Below are positions 32,001 through 48,300 of a DNA stretch of 64,000 nucleotides, in pieces (within the stretch, counting starts at the first letter, position 1; the number at the start of each line of letters is the position of its first letter). A model generated the notes under the pieces. It was not told where the DNA came from. It was given only the letters and a program-made list of their open reading frames with translations, and did no database searches. A program made the translations under genes and the position numbers. Source of the stretch: the human T2T-CHM13v2.0 reference genome, Homo sapiens; assembly GCF_009914755.1 (NCBI RefSeq), contig NC_060933.1, one strand, 5' to 3'.

Positions 32001-32600
32001 GAAGGGAATGGAATGGAATGGAATGGAATGGAATGGAATGGAAAAAACCCGAGTGGAAAGGAAAGGAATAAAATGGAATGCAATGGAATGGAATCAAGTC
32101 GAGTGTAATGGAATGGAATGGAATGGAATGGAGTCTACACGAATGGAGTGGAGTGGATTGAAATCAAAGGGAATGGAACGGAAAGCAATGAAATGGAATT
32201 GAATGGAATGGATTGGAATGTAATGGAATGGAATCAAACCTAGTGCAATGGACTGGAATGGAATGGAATAGAATGGAATGGAATGGAATGGAATGGAATG
32301 AAATCGAGTGAACCTCAGTGGAATGGAATGGAATGGAATGGAAAGGAATGGAATGGAAACTGCCCGAATGGAATGGAATGGAATGGAATCGAATGGAGTG
32401 CAGTAGAATGAAATGGATTGGAGCGGAACGGAATCAGCTCCTGTGGAATGGAATGGAATGAAATGGAACGGAATGGAATGGAATGGAATCAACCCGAGTG
32501 GAATGGCATGGCATGGAATGGAATGGAATGGAAAGAAATGGAATGAAATAGAATGGAATAGAATGGAATGGAACGAAATGGAATGGAATGGAAAGGAATG
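23041..32600 (+). repeat. Diverged junction-proximal HSat3 sub-domain
   Basis: High density of point variants, with frequent CAACACGAGT and CAACCAGAG. By eye it lacks the TCATTCCGAGTGGAATGGAAGGGAATGTAATCGAG module that is common in 1-11067 and beyond ~32670. The boundary is approximate. Confidence 0.6.
28330..31990 (+). repeat. Three diverged overlapping copies of a ~1.0-1.4 kb HSat3 block
   Basis: The block GGTATCAATCCGAG...GAAATGGATTA...AACAACG occurs at ~28670, ~30055 and ~31043. GTGGAAAGGGTTGGAATCAAACAG is at 28571/29941, and CACCAC(C/T)CATGC at 30541/~31580. Confidence 0.8.
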
Positions 32601-35600
32601 GAATGGAATCAATCCGAAAGGAATGGAATGAAATGGAATGGAATGGAGTGGAATGGAATGGAATGGAATCATTCCAAGTGGAATGGAAGGGAATGTACTC
32701 GATTAAATTGGAAATAAATGGAATCAACCCGAGTGGAATGGTAGGGAATAGAATGGAATGGAATGGAATGCAATGGAATGGAATGGAATCAACCCGAATG
32801 GAATAGAAAGGAATGAAATCAAGGGGAATGCAAAGGAATGGAATCAACCCGAGTGGAATGGAAGGGAATGGAATGAAATGGAAAGGAAGGAATGGAATCA
32901 ACCCGAATGGAATGGCATGGAAAGGAATGGAATGGAAGGGAATGGAATGGAATGGAATGGAATGGAATGGAATTGAATTGAATGGAATCAACTGGAATGG
33001 AAAGGAAAGGAAAGGAATTATATGGAATGGATACGAATTGAATGGAATGGAAACAGCCCGAGTGGAATGGAACGGAATGGAATGGAATGGAACGGAATAG
33101 AATGGAATGGAATGGAATCTACACGTATGGAATGGAATGGAATGGAATGGAATGGAATGGAATGGAATGCAATGGAATTGAATGGAATCTACCCGAATGG
33201 AATGGAATGGAATGAAATCCAATGGAGTGGAATGGAATGAAAGGGAAAGGAATGGAATGGAATCAACTCGCGTGGAATGGAGTGGAATGGAACTGAATCA
33301 ACCCGAGTGGAATGGAATGGAATGGAATGGAATGGAATGGAATGGAAGAGAATTGAATGGAATCCAATGGAATGGAATCAACCCGATTGGAATGGAAGGG
33401 AATCGATTGGAGAGGAATGGAATAGAATGGAATGGATCGAAATAGAATGGAATGGAATCAACCTGATTGGAATGGAATGGAATGGAATGGAATGTTACGG
33501 AATAGAATGGAATGGATGGAAATGGAATGGAATGGAATCAACACGATTGGAATGGAATGGAATGGAATGGAATCGAGTGAACCTGAGTGGAATAGAATGG
33601 AAGGGAATGGAATGAAATTGAAACTACCCGAATGGAATGGAATGGAATGGAATCGAATGGAGTGGAGTGGAATGAAATGGAATGGAACGGAATGGAATCA
33701 ACTCCTGTGGAATGGAATGGAATGAAACGGAATGGAATGAAATGGAATGGAATCAACCCTAGTGGAATGGCATTGAATGGAATGGAATGGAATGGAATGG
33801 AATGGAATGGAACGGAATTGAACGGAATGGAACGGAATGGAACGGAATGGAATGGAATGGAATGGAATGAAATGGAATGGAATCAACTCGAGTGGAATGG
33901 AATGGAATGGAATGGATTGGAATGGAATGCAATGGAATGAAATGCAATGGAATGGAATGGAATCGAATCTTTCCGACTGGAATGGAAGGGAATGTGATCG
34001 AGTGGAAAGGAAACTAATGGAGTCAACCCAAGCGGAATGGAAGGGAATGGAATGCAATGGAAAGGAGAGGAATGGAATCAACGCGAGTGGAATGGAGGGG
34101 AATGTAATCGAGTGGAATGGAAAGGAATGGAATCAACACGAGTGGAATGGAAGGGAATGGAATGGAATAGAACGGAATGGAATTGAAACAACCCGAGTGT
34201 AATGGAATGGAAAGGAAAGGACTGGAATGGAATGGCATGGAATGGAATGGAATGGAATGGAATGCAATGGAATGGAATGGAAGGGAATGGAATCAACCTG
34301 AGTGCAATGGAATGGAATGGAATGGAATGGAACCTACCTGAATGGAATGGAATGGAGTGGAATGGAAAGGAATCTACCCGAATGGAATGGAATGGAATTT
34401 AATGGAATGGAGAGGACTGGAACGAAACGGAATAGAATGGAATGGAATCAACTCGCGTGGAATGAAATGGAATGGAACTGAATCAAAGAGTGGAATGGAA
34501 TGGAATGGAACGGAATGGAATGAAATGGAATAAAATGTAATCAACCCGAGTAGAGTGGAGTGGATTGGAACCGAATGGAATGGAATGTAAAGCAATGAAA
34601 TGGAACTGAATGGAATGAATTGGAAAGTAATGGAATGGAATCAAACCTAGTGGAATGGAATGGAATGGAATGGTATGAAATGGAATGAAATGGAATGGAA
34701 TGCAATGGAATCAACCCGAGTGCAATGGAATGGAATGGAATGGAATGGAATGGAATGAAATGGAATGGAATGGAATCAACCCGAGTGGAATGGAAGGGAA
34801 TGGAATGGAATGGAAGGAAATGGAATCAAACCGAGTGGATTGGAGGGGAATGGAATCGAATGGAATGGAATGCAAAGCAATGAAATGGAATGGAATAGAA
34901 TGCATTGGAATGTAATGAAATGGAATCAAACATAGTGCAATGGACTAGAATGGAATGGAATGGAATGGAATGAAATCAACCCGAGTAGAATGGAATGGAA
35001 AGGAATGGAATTGAATGGAATAGAATGGCAAGAAACAGAGTGGAATGAAATGGAATGGAATTCAATGGAATTCAATAGAATGGAATCAACTGGATTGGAA
35101 TGGAAAGGAATGGAATGGAATGGAATCAAGTGAAACTGAGTGGAATGGAATGGAATGGAATGGAAAGGAATGGAATGGAATGGAATGGAATGGAAACTAC
35201 CAAAATGGAATGGAATGGAATGGAATCGAATGGAGTGGAGTGGAATGAAATGGATTGGAACGGAACGGAATGGAATCAACTCCTGTGGAATGGAATGGAA
35301 TGAAATGGAAAGGAATGGAATGGAATGGAATCAATCCAAGTGGAATGGAACGGAATGGAATGGAATGGAATGGAATGGAATGGAATGGAATGGTAAGGAA
35401 TAGAATGGAATAGATCGAAATGGAATGGAATGGATTCAACCAAATTGGAATGGAATGGAATGGAATGGAATGGAATGGAATGGAATGGAATGGAATCAAA
35501 CCGCGAGCTATGGCACGGAATGGAATGGAATGCAATGGAATGGAATTAACTCGGGTGGAATGGAATGGAATGCAATGGATTGGAGGGGAATGCAATGGAA

Positions 35601-36310
35601 TGCAATGGAATGGAATGGAATCATTCCGAGTTGAAGGGAAGGGAATGTAATCGAGTGGAATAGAAAGGAATGGAATCAACCCGAGTGTAATGGAATGGAA
35701 TGAAATGGAATGGAATCTACCAGAATGGAATGGAATGGAATGGAATCTACCAGAGTGGAATGGAATGGAATGTACCCGAAAGGAATGGAATTCAATGTAC
35801 CCAAATGGAATGGAATGTTACGGAATCATATGGCGTGGAATGGAATGAAACGGAATAGAATGCAATGGAATCAAATCGCGTGGAATGGAATGGAATGGAA
35901 CTGAATCAAACAGAGTGGAATGGAATGGAATGGAATGGAATGGAATGGAATGGAATGGAATGGAATCATCCCGAATGGAATGGAGTGGAATGGAATGGAA
36001 TGGAGTGAAATGGAATGAAATGGAATCAATCCGAGTGCAATGGAATGGAATGGAATGGAATGGAATGGAATGGAATGGAATGGAATCAACCGGAATGGAA
36101 TGGAATGGAAAGGAATCAACCCGAGTGGAATAGCATGGAATGGAATGGAATGGTACGGAATGGAACGGAATGGAACGAAATGGAATGGAATGGGTTCAAC
36201 CCAATTGGAATGGAATGGAATGGAATGGAATTGTGTGGAATGGAATGGAATGGAATGGAATGGAATGGAATGCAATGGAATGGAATGGAATGGAATGAAA
36301 TCAACTCGAG

Positions 36311-39300
36311 TGGAATGGAATGGAATGGAATGGATTGGAGTGGAAAGCAATGGAATGGAATGGAATCATTCCGAGTGGAATGGAATGGAATGGAACGGAA
36401 TGGAATGAAATGCAATCAACACGTGTAGAGTGGAGTGGAATGGAATCGAATGGAATTGAATGTAAAGCAATGAAATGGAGCTGAATGGAACGGATTGGAA
36501 TGTAATGGAATGGAATCCAATATAGTGGAATGGAATGGAATACAATGGAATGGTATGTAATGGAATGGAATGCAAAGTAATCAACCCTAGTGCAATGGAA
36601 CGGAATGGAATGGAATGGAAGGGAATGGAATCAACCCCAGTGGAATGGAACGGAAAGGAATGGAATGGAATGGAATGGAATGGAATATATCCGAATGGAA
36701 TCGATTGGAATGTAATGGAATGGAATCAAACCTAGTGAAATGGACTGGAATAGAATGGAATGGAATGGAATGGAATCAACCCGAGTGGAATGGAATGGAA
36801 TGGAATGGAATGGAATGGAATGGAATGGAATGGAATGGAATGCAATGGAATGGAATCTACCCGATTGGAATGGAAGGGAATGGAATGGAATGGAATGGAA
36901 TGGAATGGAATGGAAAGGATCGAAATGGAATGGAATGGAATCAACCCGATTGGAATGGAATGGAATGGAATGGAATGGAATGGAATGGAATGGAATGGAA
37001 TGGAATGGAATAGAGTGGAATGGATCGAAAGGGAATGGAATGGAATCAATCCGATTGGAATGGAGTGGAATGGAATGGAATGGAATGGAATGGAATGGAA
37101 TGGAATAGAGTGGAATGGATCGAAAGGGAATGGAATGGAATCAACCCGATTGGAATGGAATGGAATGGAATGGAATGGAATCGAGTGAACCTGAGTGGAA
37201 CGGAATGGAAGGGAATGAAATGAAATTGAAACTACCCGAATGGAATGGAATGGAATGGAATCGAATGGAGTGGCCTGGAATGAAATGGAATGGAATGGAA
37301 TGGAATCAACTCCTGTAGAATGGAATGGAATGAAACGGAAAGGAATGAAACGGAATGGAATCATCCCGCGTGCAATGGAATGGAATGGAATGGAATGGAA
37401 TGGAATGGAATGGAATGGAATGGAATGGAATGAAATGGAATCAACCCGAGTGCAATTGAATGCAATGGAATGCAATGGAATGGAATAGAATGTAATCAAC
37501 CCGAATGGAATGAAATGGAAAGGAATCAACCCGAGTGGAATGGCATGGAATGGAATGGAATGGAATGGAATTGAATGGAATGGTACGGAATAGCATGGAA
37601 TGGAACGAAATGGAATGGAATGGATTATACCCAATTGGAATGGAATGGAATTGTGTGGAATGGAATGGAATGGAATGGAGTGTAAAGGAATTGAAAAGAA
37701 TCAACCCGAAATGAATGGAATGGAATGGAATGGAATTGAATGGAATGGACGGGAATGGAATGGAATGGAATGGAATGGAATCAACTCGAGTGAAATGGAA
37801 TGGAATGGAATGGATTGGAATGGAATGCAATTGAATGGAATGGAATCATTCCGAGTGGAATGGAAGGCAATGTAATCGAGTCGAATAGAAAAGAATGGAA
37901 TCAACCCGAGTGGAATGGAAGGGATTGCGATGGAATGGAAAGGAATGGATTGGAATCAACCCGACTGGAATGGAATGGAACGGTATGCAATAGAATGGAA
38001 TGGAATGGAATCAACCCGGGTAGAATGGCATGGAAAGGAATGCAATGTAATGGAATGGAATGGTAAGCAATAGAAATGAATGGAATCAAATGGAACAGAA
38101 TGGATTCAAACCACTTGGAAAGGAATGGAATGGAATGGAATTGTGTGGAATGGAATGGTACGGAATAGCATGGAATGGAACGAAATGGAATGGAATGGAT
38201 TCAACCCAATTGCAATGGAATGGAATTGTGTGGAATGGAATGCAGTGTAAAGGAATTGAATAGAATCAACCCGAATGGAATGGAATGGAATGGAATGCAA
38301 TTTAATGGAATGGAATGGAATGGAATGGAATGGAATCAACTCGAGTGGAATGGAAGGGAATGGCATGGATTGGAATGGAATGCAATGGAATGGAATGGAA
38401 TGGAATGGAATAATTCTGAGTGGAATGGAAGGGAATGTAATCGAGTGGAATGGAAAGGAATGGAATCAACCCGAGTGGAATGGAAGGGAACGGAAAGGAA
38501 TGGAAAGGAATGAAATCAACCCGAGTGGAATGGAAGGGAATGGAACGGAATGGAATGGAAAGGAATGGAACTGAATCAACCCGAGTGGAATGGAATGGAA
38601 CGGAATGGAATGGAATGGAATGGAATGGAATGGAATGGAATCATCCCGAATTGAATGGAATGGAATGGAATGGAATGGAATGGAATGGAATGGAATGCAA
38701 TAAACCCGAGTGCAATGGAATGGAATGGAATGGAATCAACCCGAATGGAATGGAATGGAATCAACCCGAGTGCAATGGAATGGAATGGAATGGAATCAAC
38801 CCGAATGGAATGGAATGGAATGGAATCAACCCGAGCGGAATGGCATGGAATGGAATGCAATCGAATGGAATGGAACAAAATGGAATGCAATGGATTCAAC
38901 CCAATTGGAATGGAATAGAATGGAATGGAATAATGTGCAATGGAATGGAGTGTAAAGGAATTCAATACAATAAACCCGAATGAAATGGAATGGAATGGAA
39001 CGGAACAGAACGGAACGGAACGGAATGGAAAGGAAAGGAATGGAATGGTACGGAATAGAATGGAATGGAACGAAATGGAATGGAATGCATTCAACATAAT
39101 TGGAATGGAATGGAATGGAATGGAATCATTCCGAGTGGAATAGAAGGGAATGTATTCGAGTGGAAAGGAAAGGAATGATATCACCGGAATGGAATGGAAT
39201 GGAATGGAATGGAATGGAATGGAATGGAATGGAATCAACTCGAGTGCAACACAATGGAATAGGATGGAATGGAATGGAATGGAATGGAATGGAATGGAAT

Positions 39301-42300
39301 CAACCCGAATAGAATGGAATGGAATGGATTCAACACGAGTGGAATGGCATTGAATGGAAAGGAATGGAATGGAATTGAATGGTACGGAGTAGAATGGAAT
39401 GGAACGAAATGGAATGGAATGGAATGGAATGGAATGGAATGGAATGGAATGGAATTATTAAGAGTGGAATAGCAGGGAATGTTATGCAGTGGAATGGAAA
39501 GGAATGGAATCAATCCGAGTGGAATGGAATGGAATGGAACGGAATGGAATGAAATGCAATCAACCCGAGTAGAGTGGAGTGGTATGGAATCGAATGGAAT
39601 TAAATGTACAGCAATGAAATGCAGCTAAATGGGACGGATTGGAAAGTAATGGAACGGAATGCAACCTAGTGGAATGGAATGGAATGCAATGGAATGGTAT
39701 GAAATGGAATGGAATGGAATGAAATGGAATGGAATGCAAAGTAATCAACCCTAGTACAATGGAATGGAATGGAAAGGAATGGAATGGAATGGAATGGAAT
39801 GGAATGGAATGGAATGGAATCAACCCCAGTGGAATGGATTAGAATGGAATGGAATGGAATGGAATGGAATGGAATCAACCCGAGTGGAGTGCAGTGGAAT
39901 GGAATCAAATGGAATGTAGTGGAAAGCAATGAAATGGAATAGAATGGAATGGATTGGAATGTAACGGAATGGAATCAAACCTAGTGCAATGGACTGGAAT
40001 GGAATGGAATGGAATGGAATAGAATGGAATGGAATGGAATGGAATGGAATGGAATGGAATGGAATCAACCCGAGTGGAATGGAATGGAATGGAATGGAAT
40101 GGAATGGAATGGAATGGAATGGAATGGAATCAACCTGATTGGAATGGAAGGGAATGGAATGCAATGGAATGTAATAGAATAGAATGGATCGAAATGGAAT
40201 TGAATGGAATCAACCCGATTGGAATGGAATGGAATGGAATGGAATGGAACGGAATAGAGTGGAATGGATCGAAATGGAATGGAATGGAATCAACCCGATT
40301 GGAATGGAATGGAATGGAAGGGAAAGGAATAGAATGGAATCAACCCGAGTGGAATGGAATGGAATGGAATGGACTCAACTCGAGTGGAATGGAATGGTAT
40401 GGAATGGATTGGAATGGAATGCAATGGAATGGAATGGAATCATTCCGAGTGGAATGGAAGGGAATGTAATCGAGTGGAATGGAAAGGAATGGAATCAACC
40501 CGAGTGGAATGGAAGGGAATGGAATGGAAGGGAAAGGAATAGAATGGAATCAACCCGAGTGGAATGGAATGGAAAGGAATGGAGTGGAATGGAATGGAAT
40601 GGAATATAATCAACCCGAAAGGAATGGAGTGGAATGGAATCAACCCGAGTGGAATGGCATGGAATGGAATGGAAAGGAAAGGAATGGAATGGTACGGAAT
40701 AGAATGGAATAGAACGAAATTGAATGGAATGGATTCAACACAATTGGAATGGAATGGAAAGGAATGGAATCATTCCGAGTGGAATAGAAGGGAATGTATT
40801 CGAGTGGAATGGAAAGGAATGATATCAAGCCGAATGGAATGGAATGGAATGGAATGGAATGGAATGGAATGGAATCAACTCGAGTGCAACAGAATGGAAT
40901 AGAATGGAATGGAATGGAATGGAATGGAATGGAATGGAATGGAATGGAATGGAATGGAATCAACCCGAATAGAATGGAATGGAATGGAGTCAACACGAGT
41001 GGAATGGCATTGAATGGAAAGGAATGGAATGGAATGGAATGGTACGGAGTAGAATGGAATGGAACGAAATGGAACGGAACAGATTCAACCTAAGTGGAAT
41101 GGAATGGAATGGAATGGAATGGAATTGTGTGGAACGGATTGGAATAGAATGGAGTGTAAAGGAATTGAATAGAATCAACTCGAATGGAATGGAATGCCAC
41201 GGAATGCAATGAAGTGGAATGCAATGGAATGGAATGGAAAGGTACGGAATAGAATGGAATGGAAAGAAATGGAATGGAATGGATTCAACCCAATTGGAAT
41301 GGAATGGAATGGAATGGAATGGAATTGTGTGGAATGGAATGGAATCGAATGCAGTGTAAAGAACTGAATAGAATCAACCCGAATGGAATGGAATGGAATG
41401 GAAGGAATGGAATGCAATGGAATGGAATGGAATGGACTCAACTCGAGTGGAATGGAATGGTATGGAATGGATTGGAATGGAATGCAATGGAATGGAGTGG
41501 AATCATTCCGAGTGGAATGGAAGGGAATGTAATCGAGTGGAATGGAAAGGAATGGAATCAACCCGAGTGGAATGGAAGGGAATGAAATGGAAGGGAAAGG
41601 AATAGAATGGAATCAACCAGAGTGGAATGGATTGGAATGGAACGGAATGGAATGAAATGCAATCAACCCGAGTAGAGTGGAGTGGTATGGAATCGAATGG
41701 AAATGAATGTACAGCAATGAAATGCAGCTAAATGGAACGGATTGGAAAGTAATGAAATGGAATGCAACCTAGTGGAATGGAATGGAATGCAATGGAATGG
41801 TATGAAATGGAATGGAATGGAATGAAATGGAATGGAATGCAAAGTAATCAACCCTAGTACAATGGAATGGAATGGAAAGGAATGGAATGGAATGGAATGG
41901 AATGGAATCAACCCCAGTGGAATCGATTAGAATGGAATGGAATGGAATGGAATGGAATCAACCCGAGTGGAGTGCAGTGGAATGGAATCAAATGGGATGT
42001 AGTGGAAAGCAATGAAATGGAATTGAATGGAATGGATTGGAATGTAATGGAATGGAATCAAACCTAGTGCAATGGACTGGAATTGAATGGAATGGAATGG
42101 AATAGAATGGAATGGAATGGAATGGAATGGAATGGAATGGAATGGAATGGAATGGAATCAACCTGATTGGAATGGAAGGGAATGGAATGCAATGGAATGT
42201 AATAGAATAGAATGGATCGAAATGGAATGGAATGGAATCAACCCGATTGGAATGGAATGGAATTGAATGAAATGGAACGGAATAGAGTGGAATGGATCGA

Positions 42301-45300
42301 AATGGAATGGAATGGAATCAACACGATTGGAATGGAATGGAATGGAATGGAATGGAATGGAAGGGAAAGGAATAGAATGGAATCAACCCGAGTGGAATGG
42401 AATGGAATGGAAGGGACTCAACTCGAGTGGAACGGAATGGTATGGAATGGATTGGAATGGAATGCAATGGAATGTAATGGAATCATTCCGAGTGGAATGG
42501 AAGGGAATGTAATCGAGTGGAATGGAAAGGAATGGAATCAACCTGAGTGGAATGGAAGGGAATGGAATGGAAGGGAAAGGAATAGAATGGAATCAACCCG
42601 AATGGAATGCAATGGAATGGAATGGAGTGGAATGGAATGGAATGGAATATAATCAACCCGAAAGGAATGGAGTGGAATGGAATCAACCCGAGTGGAATGG
42701 CATGGAATGGAATGGAAAGGAAAGGAATGGAATGGTACGGAATAGAATGGAATGGAACGAAATGGAATGGAATGGATTCAACACAATTGGAATGGAATGC
42801 AAAGGAATGGAATCATTCCGAGTGGAATAGAAGGGAATGTATTCGAGTGGAATGGAAAGGAATGATATCAAGCCGAATGGAATGGAATGGAATGGAATGG
42901 AATGGAATCAACTCGAGTGCAACAGAATGGAATAGAATGGAATGGAATGGAATGGAATGGAATGGAATGGAATGGAATCAACCCGAATAGAATGGAATGG
43001 AATGGAGTCAACACGAGGGGAATGGCATTGAATGGAAAGGAAAGGAATGGAATGGAATGTTACGGAGTAGAATGGAATGGAACGAAATGGAACGGAATAG
43101 ATTCAACCTAATTGGAATGGAATGGAATGGAATGGAATGGAATTGTGTGGAACGGATTGGAATGGAATGGAGTGTAAAGGAATTGATTAGAATCAACTCG
43201 AATGGAATGGAATGCAACGAAATGCAATGAAGTGGAATGCAATGGAATGGAATGGAAAGGTACGGAATAGAATGGAATGGAAAGAAATGGAATGGAATGG
43301 ATTCAACCCAATTGGAATGGAATGGAATGGAATGGAATGGAATTGTGTGGAATGGAATGGAATCGAATGCAGTGTAAAGAACTGAATAGAATCAACCCGA
43401 ATGGAATGGAATGGAATGGAATGGAATGGAAGGAATGGAAAGCAATGGAATGGAATGGAATGGACTCAACTCGAGTGGAATGGAATGGTATGGAATGGAT
43501 TGGAATGGAATGCAATGGAATGGAATGGAATCATTCCGAGTGGAATGGAAGGGAATATAATCGAGTGGAATGGAAAGGAATGGAATCAACCCGAGTGGAA
43601 TGGAAGGGAATGGAATGGAAGGGAAAGGAATAGAATGGAATCAACCCGAGTGGAATGGAATGGAATGGAACGGAATGGAATGAAATGCAATCAACCCGAG
43701 TAGAGTGGAGTTGTATGGAATCGAATGGAATTGAATGTACAGCAATGAAATGCAGCTAAATGGAACGGATTGGAAAGTAATGGAATGGAATGCAACCTAG
43801 TGGAATGGAAAGGAATGCAATGGAATGGTATGAAATGGAATGGAATGGAATGAAATGGAATGGAATGCAAAGTAATCAACCCTAGTACAATGGAATGGAA
43901 TGGAAAGGAATGGAATGGAATGGAATGGAATGGAATGGAATGGAATGGAATGGAATCAACCCCAGTGGAATGGATTAGAATGGAATGGAATGGAATGGAA
44001 TGGAATGGAATGGAATGGAATGGAATGGAATGGAATCAACCCGAGTGGAGTGCAGTGGAATGGAATCAAATGGGATGTAGTGGAAAGCAATGAAATGGAA
44101 TTGAATGGAATGGATTGGAATGTCATGGAATGGAATCAAACCTAGTGCAATGGACTGGAATTGAATGGAATGGGATGGAATAGAATGGAATGGAATGGAA
44201 TGGAATGGAATGGAATGGAATGGAATGGAATCAACCCGAGTGGAATGGAATGGAAAGGAATGGAATGGAATGGAATGGAATGGAATGGAATGGAATGGAA
44301 TGGAATCAACCTGATTGGAATGGAAGGGAATGGAATGCAATGGAATGTAATAGAATAGAATGGATCGAAATGGAATGGAATGGAATCAACCCGATTGGAA
44401 TGGAATGGAATGGAATGGAATGGATTGGAGTGGAAAGCAATGGAATGGAATGGAATCATTCCGAGTGGAATGGAATGGAATGGAACGGAATGGAATGAAA
44501 TGCAATCAACACGTGTAGAGTGGAGTGGAATGGAATCGAATGGAATTGAATGTAAAGCAATGAAATGGAGCTGAATGGAACGGATTGGAATGTAATGGAA
44601 TGGAATCCAATATAGTGGAATGGAATGGAATACAATGGAATGGTATGTAATGGAATGGAATGCAAAGTAATCAACCCTAGTGCAATGGAACGGAATGGAA
44701 TGGAATGGAAGGGAATGGAATCAACCCCAGTGGAATGGAACGGAAAGGAATGGAATGGAATGGAATGGAATGGAATATATCCGAATGGAATTGATTGGAA
44801 TGTAATGGAATGGAATCAAACCTAGTGAAATGGACTGGAATAGAATGGAATGGAATGGAATGGAATCAACCCGAGTGGAATGGAATGGAATGGAATGGAA
44901 TGGAATGGAATGGAATGGAATGGAATGGAATGGAATGGAATGCAATGGAATGGAATCTACCCGATTGGAATGGAAGGGAATGGAATGGAATGGAATGGAA
45001 TGGAATGGAAAGGATCGAAATGGAATGGAATGGAATCAACCCGATTGGAATGGAATGGAATGGAATGGAATGGAATGGAATGGAATGGAATAGAGTGGAA
45101 TGGATCGAAAGGGAATGGAATGGAATCAACCCGATTGGAATGGAGTGGAATGGAATGGAATGGAATGGAATGGAATAGAGTGGAATGGATCGAAAGGGAA
45201 TGGAATGGAATCAACCCGATTGGAATGGAATGGAATGGAATGGAATGGAATCGAGTGAACCTGAGTGGAACGGAATGGAAGGGAATGAAATGAAATTGAA

Positions 45301-48300
45301 ACTACCCGAATGGAATGGAATGGAATGGAATCGAATGGAGTGGCCTGGAATGAAATGGAATGGAATGGAATGGAATCAACTCCTGTAGAATGGAATGGAA
45401 TGAAACGGAAAGGAATGAAACGGAATGGAATCATCCCGCGTGCAATGGAATGGAATGGAATGGAATGGAATGGAATGGAATGGAATGGAATGAAATGGAA
45501 TCAACCCGAGTGCAATTGAATGCAATGGAATGCAATGGAATGGAATAGAATGTAATCAACCCGAATGGAATGAAATGGAAAGGAATCAACCCGAGTGGAA
45601 TGGCATGGAATGGAATGGAATGGAATGGAATTGAATGGAATGGTACGGAATAGCATGGAATGGAACGAAATGGAATGGAATGGATTATACCCAATTGGAA
45701 TGGAATGGAATTGTGTGGAATGGAATGGAATGGAATGGAGTGTAAAGGAATTGAAAAGAATCAACCCGAAATGAATGGAATGGAATGGAATGGAATTGAA
45801 TGGAATGGACGGGAATGGAATGGAATGGAATGGAATGGAATCAACTCGAGTGAAATGGAATGGAATGGAATGGATTGGAATGGAATGCAATTGAATGGAA
45901 TGGAATCATTCCGAGTGGAATGGAAGGCAATGTAATCGAGTCGAATAGAAAAGAATGGAATCAACCCGAGTGGAATGGAAGGGATTGCGATGGAATGGAA
46001 AGGAATGGATTGGAATCAACCCGACTGGAATGGAATGGAACGGTATGCAATAGAATGGAATGGAATGGAATCAACCCGGGTAGAATGGCATGGAAAGGAA
46101 TGCAATGTAATGGAATGGAATGGTAAGCAATAGAAATGAATGGAATCAAATGGAACAGAATGGATTCAAACCACTTGGAAAGGAATGGAATGGAATGGAA
46201 TTGTGTGGAATGGAATGGTACGGAATAGCATGGAATGGAACGAAATGGAATGGAATGGATTCAACCCAATTGCAATGGAATGGAATTGTGTGGAATGGAA
46301 TGCAGTGTAAAGGAATTGAATAGAATCAACCCGAATGGAATGGAATGGAATGGAATGCAATTTAATGGAATGGAATGGAATGGAATGGAATGGAATCAAC
46401 TCGAGTGGAATGGAAGGGAATGGCATGGATTGGAATGGAATGCAATGGAATGGAATGGAATGGAATGGAATGGAATAATTCTGAGTGGAATGGAAGGGAA
46501 GGTAATCGAGTGGAATGGAAAGGAATGGAATCAACCCGAGTGGAATGGAAGGGAACGGAAAGGAATGGAAAGGAATGAAATCAACCCGAGTGGAATGGAA
46601 GGGAATGGAACGGAATGGAATGGAAAGGAATGGAACTGAATCAACCCGAGTGGAATGGAATGGAACGGAATGGAATGGAATGGAATGGAATGGAATGGAA
46701 TGGAATCATCCCGAATTGAATGGAATGGAATGGAATGGAATGGAATGGAATGGAATGGAATGGAATGGAATGGAATGCAATAAACCCGAGTGCAATGGAA
46801 TGGAATGGAATGGAATCAACCCGAATGGAATGGAATGGAATCAACCCGAGTGCAATGGAATGGAATGGAATGGAATCAACCCGAATGGAATGGAATGGAA
46901 TGGAATCAACCCGAGCGGAATGGCATGGAATGGAATGCAATCGAATGGAATGGAACAAAATGGAATGCAATGGATTCAACCCAATTGGAATGGAATAGAA
47001 TGGAATGGAATAATGTGCAATGGAATGGAGTGTAAAGGAATTCAATACAATAAACCCGAATGAAATGGAATGGAATGGAACGGAACAGAACGGAACGGAA
47101 CGGAATGGAAAGGAAAGGAATGGAATGGTACGGAATAGAATGGAATGGAACGAAATGGAATGGAATGCATTCAACATAATTGGAATGGAATGGAATGGAA
47201 TGGAATCATTCCGAGTGGAATAGAAGGGAATGTATTCGAGTGGAAAGGAAAGGAATGATATCACCGGAATGGAATGGAATGGAATGGAATGGAATGGAAT
47301 GGAATGGAATCAACTCGAGTGCAACACAATGGAATAGGATGGAATGGAATGGAATGGAATGGAATGGAATCAACCCGAATAGAATGGAATGGAATGGATT
47401 CAACACGAGTGGAATGGCATTGAATGGAAAGGAATGGAATGGAATTGAATGGTACGGAGTAGAATGGAATGGAACGAAATGGAATGGAATGGAATGGAAT
47501 GGAATGGAATGGAATTATTAAGAGTGGAATAGCAGGGAATGTTATGCAGTGGAATGGAAAGGAATGGAATCAATCCGAGTGGAATGGAATGGAATGGAAC
47601 GGAATGGAATGAAATGCAATCAACCCGAGTAGAGTGGAGTGGTATGGAATCGAATGGAATTAAATGTACAGCAATGAAATGCAGCTAAATGAGACGGATT
47701 GGAAAGTAATGGAATGGAATGCAACCTAGTGGAATGGAATGGAATGCAATGGAATGGTATGAAATGGAATGGAATGGAATGAAATGGAATGGAATGCAAA
47801 GTAATCAACCCTAGTACAATGGAATGGAATGGAAAGGAATGGAATGGAATGGAATGGAATGGAATGGAATGGAATGGAATGGAATCAACCCCAGTGGAAT
47901 GGATTAGAATGGAATGGAATGGAATGGAATGGAATGGAATCAACCCGAGTGGAGTGCAGTGGAATGGAATCAAATGGAATGTAGTGGAAAGCAATGAAAT
48001 GGAATAGAATGGAATGGATTGGAATGTAATGGAATGGAATCAAACCTAGTGCAATGGACTGGAATGGAATGGAATGGAATGGAATAGAATGGAATGGAAT
48101 GGAATGGAATGGAATGGAATGGAATGGAATGGAATGGAATCAACCCGAGTGGAATGGAATGGAATGGAATGGAATGGAATGGAATGGAATGGAATGGAAT
48201 CAACCTGATTGGAATGGAAGGGAATGGAATGCAATGGAATGTAATAGAATAGAATGGATCGAAATGGAATTGAATGGAATCAACCCGATTGGAATGGAAT

